Source: an uncultured cyanobacterium
Lineage (GTDB): Bacteria; Cyanobacteriota; Cyanobacteriia; Phormidesmidales; Phormidesmidaceae
Assembly: GCA_963702855.1 (NCBI GenBank)
Contig: OY969765.1
Coordinates: 513,766-577,765 of the forward strand
DNA: 64,000 nt
Reading direction: 5' to 3'
Positions 58,309-64,000 of this stretch are shown one piece after another. Numbering within the stretch: the first letter of the stretch is position 1; each line of letters opens with the position of its first letter. The notes below the pieces were generated by a model. That model saw only the letters and a list, made by a program, of their open reading frames with translations. It was not told the origin of the DNA and searched no databases. The position numbers and the translations under genes are program-made.

Positions 58309-61300
58309 CTACAGCATTACCAGTCGCTCACGGATTAGCGTGGCCTGCTTTTCAGCTTCTGCCAGCGCATCTCTTGCCCCTTGGACAACGCTCTCAGGCG
58401 CCTGATCGACAAAGCCTTTATTGCTCAATCGACCGTTGAAAGACTTCATCTCGCCTTCTGCTTTGGCTAAGTCTTTTTCTAGTTTCGCTCGCAGCGCGTC
58501 TACATCAATAACGCCAGTGAGCGGTATTAGCACCTGCACCGTGCCAGTGACACCGGCAAACATTTTGCGATCGCCTGTCGAGTCACGCGCCAAAGGCTGA
58601 TTGGAATCTGCTTTGATAATATCAGCCGGGGTAACGCCTGACGGCGTTGCCTGAATAGTAGGCGCTGGTGTGGTACTAGAATCTGAAGTCTCAGTCACCG
58701 TACTGTCGCTGTCTGCGCTGTTATTTGTATCATTACTAGTATCGCCGCCGTCGCCGGTGATTTCAGCCCAAGCAGACTTCAGTTCGGTGAGGACGTGATC
58801 GCGATTTTCAGCTTTGAATCCTTTTCTAGCAATAAAGCGCGTCGTATAGAACAATCCTACTAGCTGGAAAACCCCGCGCAGGCCCAGCCCGTCAATAGTA
58901 TCCAGCATAGAGTCGAGCACCCTGTAAGTTACGACGGTGCCCAAAATGATCGCAGCTGATAGAGTTGGCTTTTTGTAACTGCTGAAGAATTCGCTGAAGT
59001 AGCGGGTAGGCTGCTCTAAAAACTGCAAGACCGTGGTTCTCAAACCGGGTAGACCATTCGGCATTGCGGTTTCTACGATGTCAGCGGCTTCAGTCACCGA
59101 AAGCGTTTCGGCCACTGGTGCCGATGCCGGTGCCAAATCCGTCTTCGAAATTTCTAGCGTCTCTAGCCGAGCCATGGCTTCAATATATGGCCGCGTAGCA
59201 TTCAGGACGCCTAGCTCACTCGCACTATCTGTCTTCAGAATGGCCTCAATCTTAGCCGATGGCTTCACGCCTGCTTCTGCGCGCAGATTGCGAATCGTGC
59301 GGATGATGTCAATCAGCAGCTCGACCTGCTGTTCTAGCGCCGGATCAACCTGCGTGGCATCGGCCACCGGATAGCTTTGTAGGGCAAGACAGTCTTCTTC
59401 ACCAATCCTCGTGAGCGTGTGCCAAAGCTCTTCGGTAATGTGCGGCATAAAGGGATGCAGCAGCTTAAGAATGCCATTGAGCACATGGGCCAAGGTTTGC
59501 TGCGCCGTTCGCTTGGCCTCACCCTCACCATACAAACGAGGCTTTACCAGCTCAATATACCAGTCGCAAAAGTCACCGCGGGTAAACTCGTATAGCTCTT
59601 TGGCAGCTTCGCCCATGCCGTACTTATCTAGATACTCGCGGGCCCGCTCAATGGTTTGACTATAGCGGGAGAGGATCCACTGATCGGCTAGCTCTAACAC
59701 GCCGCTGCTGCCGGGTTCGCCCAGATCGGCAGGCGTTTTTCCCTCCAGGTTCATCATCACGAAGCGTGAAGCGTTCCACAGCTTGTTGGTGAAATTGCGC
59801 GAGGCTTCGACGGCCATCGATTCGTCGCGATCGCGATCATAGTCTAGGCGAATGTCTTGGCCAGCGCCTGCGACTTCTCGAATGAGCGTATAGCGCAGAG
59901 CATCGGTGCCGTACTTATCGACTAAGATCAGCGGATCGATGCCGTTACCTTTGGACTTCGACATTTTCTGGTTGTTTTCGTCGCGCACCAAGCCGTGAAT
60001 ATAGACCGTGTCAAAGGGCATACGGCCCGTAAAATGACCCGCCATTAGGGTCATACGAGCAACCCAGAAAAAGATAATGTCAAACCCAGTGACAAGCGTT
60101 TGCGTGGGGTAGTAATACTGGTAATCGGGCGCGTCGGTATTGGGCCAGCCTAGGGTAGACATGGGCCACAGGCCAGAAGAGAACCAGGTGTCGAGCACAT
60201 CGGGATCTTGGCGCAGCTGAATGTCGTCGCCATATTTGGCTTTGGCTTTTTCCCAGGCCTCGCTTTCGGTTTTAGCGACGATAAAGGGCGTGTCATCGGT
60301 AATCTCGTTGTTGCTTTGGCTGATGACGTACCAGGCAGGAATTTGATGGCCCCACCATAGCTGACGCGAAATGCACCAGTCGTTGAGCTTAGCTAGCCAG
60401 TCGCGATAGACCTTGGCCCAGCGATCGGGGACGAACTGCGGATCGTTTTGGTCATCGAGGGCGGCAAGGGCTTTGTCAGCTAGCGGGCGAATTTTGACGA
60501 ACCACTGGGTAGAAATAAGGGGTTCTACGGGGACTTTGCCGCGATCGCTATAGGGCACCGAATGCCGATAGTCCTCAATTTTCTCCATCCGGCCTTCGGC
60601 CTCTAGCTTTTCGATCACCCGCTTGCGCGCCTCGAAGCGATCGATACCGACAAACTCATCACCCGCATTCTCGTTTAGCGTGCCGTCTTTATTGAGAATA
60701 TTGATCACTGGCAAGTCGTGCCGCTTGCCCATTTCAAAGTCATTCGGGTCGTGCGCAGGCGTCACCTTAACGCAGCCCGTACCAAACTCAGCATCAACAA
60801 ACTCGTCGCCAATAATTGGAATCTCACGGTTGGCAATCGGTAGCCATACCTTATTGCCAATCAGGTGTTTGTAGCGCTCATCATTCGGATTAACCGCAAC
60901 TGCCGTATCACCCAGCATCGTCTCTGGGCGAGTCGTGGCGACAATCAGCTCACCTTCTGCAGCAACTAGCGGATAGCGGAAATACCACAGATGACCGTCT
61001 ACCTCCTGATTTTCCACCTCCAAATCAGAAACGGCAGACTGGCTTTTAGGGCACCAGTTCACCATATAGCTGCCGCGATAGACTAGCCCTTCTTCATATA
61101 GCTGATTAAAGGCGCTGACGACCGCTGTCGATAGCCCTTCATCCATTGTGAAGCGCTCACGGCTCCAGTCTACAGAGACGCCTAGCTTCCGCAGCTGGTT
61201 AACAATAGTGCCGCCGGATTCATTTTTCCAGGCCCAGGCCCGCTCTAAGAAGCGATCGCGCCCAACAGATTCACGGGAGCGCCCTTCCTCAGCGAACTGT

Positions 61301-61626
61301 TTTTCCAAAATCGTCTGCACGGCAATGCTGGCATGATCGGTACCTGGCAGCCACAGCGTATTTTTACCCTTCATCCGCTGATAGCGCACTATCGTATCAA
61401 TCAGGCTTTGCTCAAACGCGTGGCCCATATGTAGACTGCCCGTCACGTTCGGTGGTGGAATCATCACACAGAACGGCTCGCCGCCTTTGCTCGGATCGGC
61501 CTTAAAGACTTCCTTCTGTTCCCAGTACTCCTGCCATTTGGTTTCGGTGGTGGTGGGATCGTATTGGCTAGCCAGCGTCGGCGTCGTTGCAGTCATTGGG
61601 GGTGCGAATGCAGAGGGGTTAATCAA
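58309..61626 (-). CDS. valS: Valine--tRNA ligase with inserted CAAD (CURT1-like) membrane domain
   Basis: [28 protein letters not shown]; about 190-aa insert with two TMs near the C-terminus. Confidence 0.96.
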   Translation of the reverse strand: MINPSAFAPPMTATTPTLASQYDPTTTETKWQEYWEQKEVFKADPSKGGEPFCVMIPPPNVTGSLHMGHAFEQSLIDTIVRYQRMKGKNTLWLPGTDHASIAVQTILEKQFAEEGRSRESVGRDRFLERAWAWKNESGGTIVNQLRKLGVSVDWSRERFTMDEGLSTAVVSAFNQLYEEGLVYRGSYMVNWCPKSQSAVSDLEVENQEVDGHLWYFRYPLVAAEGELIVATTRPETMLGDTAVAVNPNDERYKHLIGNKVWLPIANREIPIIGDEFVDAEFGTGCVKVTPAHDPNDFEMGKRHDLPVINILNKDGTLNENAGDEFVGIDRFEARKRVIEKLEAEGRMEKIEDYRHSVPYSDRGKVPVEPLISTQWFVKIRPLADKALAALDDQNDPQFVPDRWAKVYRDWLAKLNDWCISRQLWWGHQIPAWYVISQSNNEITDDTPFIVAKTESEAWEKAKAKYGDDIQLRQDPDVLDTWFSSGLWPMSTLGWPNTDAPDYQYYYPTQTLVTGFDIIFFWVARMTLMAGHFTGRMPFDTVYIHGLVRDENNQKMSKSKGNGIDPLILVDKYGTDALRYTLIREVAGAGQDIRLDYDRDRDESMAVEASRNFTNKLWNASRFVMMNLEGKTPADLGEPGSSGVLELADQWILSRYSQTIERAREYLDKYGMGEAAKELYEFTRGDFCDWYIELVKPRLYGEGEAKRTAQQTLAHVLNGILKLLHPFMPHITEELWHTLTRIGEEDCLALQSYPVADATQVDPALEQQVELLIDIIRTIRNLRAEAGVKPSAKIEAILKTDSASELGVLNATRPYIEAMARLETLEISKTDLAPASAPVAETLSVTEAADIVETAMPNGLPGLRTTVLQFLEQPTRYFSEFFSSYKKPTLSAAIILGTVVTYRVLDSMLDTIDGLGLRGVFQLVGLFYTTRFIARKGFKAENRDHVLTELKSAWAEITGDGGDTSNDTNNSADSDSTVTETSDSSTTPAPTIQATPSGVTPADIIKADSNQPLARDSTGDRKMFAGVTGTVQVLIPLTGVIDVDALRAKLEKDLAKAEGEMKSFNGRLSNKGFVDQAPESVVQGARDALAEAEKQATLIRERLVML

Positions 61627-61727
61627 TGGTCATGGTAGCAAGGATTCGAGCGATCGCGCGGTCATATAGCAAATGTCCTCGGTAACCAGGCAAGGCCATA
61701 GTGAAAGCAATTACTCGCTCAAAATAC

Positions 61728-61764
61728 AAAAAAAGCCCTTCAGCCAGATTGGTCGAAGAGCTTT
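61728..61764 (-). terminator. Intrinsic terminator of the 61803-62171 gene
   Basis: Minus strand AAAGCTCTTC...GAAGGGCTTT followed by a U-tract. Confidence 0.6.
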
Positions 61765-61802
61765 ATGAAGGCACTGAAGTAAAGGCACCGAAACAAGTAA
61801 AC

Positions 61803-62171
61803 TTACTCGGCAAGCTCAGTCTCTTCTACAGAAGTCGCAGACTCGGCAGCTCGCTGCTCTAAGATGGCCTGCCGACGTTCAAACAAAGACTCAGCCTGAC
61901 TATTAATCCGACGACTCTGGCTGCGGCGGAAACCATCGTCTACAACACCTGCGCCCGATAGCGACCTTGAACTGTGAAACAGATCAAAGATATTCATGCC
62001 CGAGCCCAGAAAACCGTCTTCAGCATCAGCAGATTTAAAGTCTTCGGCGGTATTAGCAACGCCCGTCTCCTGAGCAAAGGCAGGCGCTGTACTCACTAAA
62101 CTCATGCCCAGCACCAGGCTTAATCCCATTAGGCGCACTGCTAGCTTACTCATGTGGTGTATAGTCTCCAA
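61803..62171 (-). CDS. Small secreted hypothetical protein
   Basis: Signal peptide ending in APAFA-Q; acidic mature part. Confidence 0.7.
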   Translation of the reverse strand: METIHHMSKLAVRLMGLSLVLGMSLVSTAPAFAQETGVANTAEDFKSADAEDGFLGSGMNIFDLFHSSRSLSGAGVVDDGFRRSQSRRINSQAESLFERRQAILEQRAAESATSVEETELAE

Positions 62172-62274
62172 AGTTTCGATATGTTCTTGACTGTGTTAAT
62201 TGTATCAACTGCAATTATGCCTACGCATCTATTGGGTAGCAACATAGCTGTGCCGATTTTATCTGCTGAATGCC

Positions 62275-63153
62275 TTAGCCGATACGGCGACTAATTAAAG
62301 GACGAATAGTTACCAAAGCCAGCACGCTGAAGGCAACTAGCAGGCCAACGGCTAACCCAAGACTTATGTCGCCAAAAGGGGCCGCCATCACCGTGCTACC
62401 AAAGCGCCAATCGGGATGAAGATAGATATATCGAATGGGCTCGATCGCGTAGCTAAGTGGGTTGAGGCTAGCGACGACCTGTAGCCAGGGCGGCATAAAA
62501 GAGAGCGGAACGAGGGCAGTACTGGCAAATAGGAGCGGCAGGTTAGTGATAAATATGACAGCTAGTAGCTCAATGTGTCCCGGTAGGGCAAAGGCCAGAC
62601 CTAGACTAAGGGCAGTAACGCCAAAGACCAAAGTAAGCACAATCAGCGTCATCAATAAGATACCGCTAGGGCCGGGTAGGCCCGCACCCAGCACAGCGCT
62701 GAGTGCGACGATAGCAGCCGTTTGCACCAAGCTCATCGTGGCGATAAAAAGCGCTGAGGCAATCACAATTGAAAACCGAGAGGCCAGCGGCGCAACGAGC
62801 AGCCGGTTTAAAAAGCCGAACTCGCGGTCAAACATCACAGGCAGGCCCGCGTTGAGAGCACCGGCAAAGGCGGTGAAGACAATGATGCCCGAGCCCAAAA
62901 ACTGACCGTAGTTTTGGCTTTCACCAAACAGGCCGCTAGGGACGTTCTGAAAGAGTGCGCCAAAGAGAATCAGCCACATCAACGGCTGAATAACACCCGC
63001 GACTAATGTCGTAGGCCGACGCTGAAGCTGGATAAACAGGCGACGGGTAAGCGCGACCGTTTCTTGAATGAATTCTTGGGTACCGGGCGATCGCAACTCG
63101 GCAACACTAGAGCTAATAGCAGGATTCGGGGCGGGAGCGACAGACTGACTCAT
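62275..63153 (-). CDS. ABC-2 type permease (DrrB-like)
   Basis: QRRPTTLVAGVIQPLMWL, DREFGFLNRLLVAP, LNPLSYAIE. Confidence 0.9.
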   Translation of the reverse strand: MSQSVAPAPNPAISSSVAELRSPGTQEFIQETVALTRRLFIQLQRRPTTLVAGVIQPLMWLILFGALFQNVPSGLFGESQNYGQFLGSGIIVFTAFAGALNAGLPVMFDREFGFLNRLLVAPLASRFSIVIASALFIATMSLVQTAAIVALSAVLGAGLPGPSGILLMTLIVLTLVFGVTALSLGLAFALPGHIELLAVIFITNLPLLFASTALVPLSFMPPWLQVVASLNPLSYAIEPIRYIYLHPDWRFGSTVMAAPFGDISLGLAVGLLVAFSVLALVTIRPLISRRIG

Positions 63154-63451
63154 CAGGCTTCAGGGGGATATTCGTATATATCCATAGGCTAGCGTAGATA
63201 AGCGCTATCAGCGCAGAGGCATGGCAACCTGCTCAAAAAGGAAGCTACGCGGACGTTCCCGCATCAGCTAGATAGTCTATCAGTTTGCCCTCAGACACCA
63301 TAGACAAGCAGCCTATGATTCAGGGGATCGCGGCGGCGCTAGCTAGCTTCAAAAGGCCTAAATCGAGTAGCTATGCGATCGCAATAGTTAGCGAGGGCTG
63401 TGTTGACTAACTGAGTGTGAATCCACAGAATCTGTCACAGAAAACTATGAC

Positions 63452-64000
63452 CTACTTCATACTCTGCTTACGCTCTTTCTTCAAATCTCGCGTGCCCACC
63501 GCGGCCATTTCTGCATCCATCAGCGTGCGACCTGTGGCTGCTAAGTACACGTCGTCTAGGCTAGGCTGCGATTGAGCGATGCCGAAGGTTGGCAGGTTTG
63601 CCTGCTTGAGCGCTGCCTGTACAGCAGGCAAAGCTTCACCACCTGTATCAACAACCAGATTGAGCGAGTTTCCCTGGGCGCTGTTAACGATGACGTCTTG
63701 AACTACAGGCAGCTCTGCCAAAAGGTTGCGAGCAGTTTCAGCTTCGGTGTCGTCAGTGAATTCGCGAATGCGTAGAGTGATGCGATCGCCGCCCACTGCA
63801 GCTTTTAGCGCAGCCGGTGTCCCGGTCGAGATCACCTTGCCCCGGTCAATAATCGCCACCCGGCCTGCCAGCGCATCCACTTCTTCTAAATAGTGGCTGG
63901 TAATCAATATCGTGGTGCCCTGCTCTCTTAGCTGCCGCAAGAACCGCCATACCGCCGAGCGGCTTTCGATATCAAGGCCTACCGTCGGCTCATCCAAGAC
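63452..64000 (-). CDS. ABC ATPase (DrrA-like), 5' end beyond the window
   Basis: LDEPTVGLD (Walker B), TSHYLEEVD.L, PSLDDVYL..TGR; frame continues off the edge. Confidence 0.88.
   Translation of the reverse strand, partial: VLDEPTVGLDIESRSAVWRFLRQLREQGTTILITSHYLEEVDALAGRVAIIDRGKVISTGTPAALKAAVGGDRITLRIREFTDDTEAETARNLLAELPVVQDVIVNSAQGNSLNLVVDTGGEALPAVQAALKQANLPTFGIAQSQPSLDDVYLAATGRTLMDAEMAAVGTRDLKKERKQSMK

Noticed and set aside
61627-61802. Possible T-box or attenuator upstream of valS
   Set aside because: No T-box consensus (AAUUAGAG..GGUGGUACC-like) is visible and the leader is too short. The hairpin plus U-tract is better explained as the upstream gene's terminator.
62172-64000. DrrAB-like ABC pair as an antibiotic-resistance island
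   Set aside because: This is an ordinary conserved cyanobacterial ABC-2 pair with normal HIP1 content and no mobility signals.
1-64000. Roughly 100 short overlapping or antisense ORFs in the track; rRNA and tRNA genes
   Set aside because: The ORFs overlap well-supported genes and have no recognisable motifs; no structural RNA signature was seen.

Overview
This is a gene-dense chromosomal window from a cyanobacterium: the HIP1 octamer GCGATCGC recurs throughout, and psbP, ndhF3-ndhD3-cupA-cupS and a CAAD-bearing valS are present. Gene content suggests a halotolerant, Leptolyngbya-like or Synechococcus PCC 7335-like organism (inference). In order, the window holds: a stand-alone Hpt protein (cut by the window edge, absent from the ORF track); an ETR1-like ethylene-receptor hybrid kinase with Asn at the Asp25 position; a secreted Cys-domain protein; an HtrA-like pseudoprotease paired with a LuxR regulator that has a non-canonical receiver; psbP, maf and a UPF0182 gene; a Ser/Thr kinase; a speD-speE fusion followed by an agmatinase-family gene; a PTPA-CTERM protein, an HpsJ-like gene and an exosortase heading a ~13 kb glycan cluster that contains an inverted wzm-wzt-methyltransferase-GT cassette; a monomeric isocitrate dehydrogenase; a DUF1501/DUF1800 pair; an IS1634-like and an IS903-like element that together destroy one conserved gene; yqhA and chrA; the inducible CO2-uptake operon with a perfect NdhR/CcmR box; a ggt-type sugar ABC operon; a serine hydrolase; valS-CAAD; and a DrrAB-like ABC pair. 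No rRNA, tRNA or CRISPR array was found. Short (12-18 bp) tandem duplications occur at about 15 loci. All family assignments come from motif recognition, not database searches.
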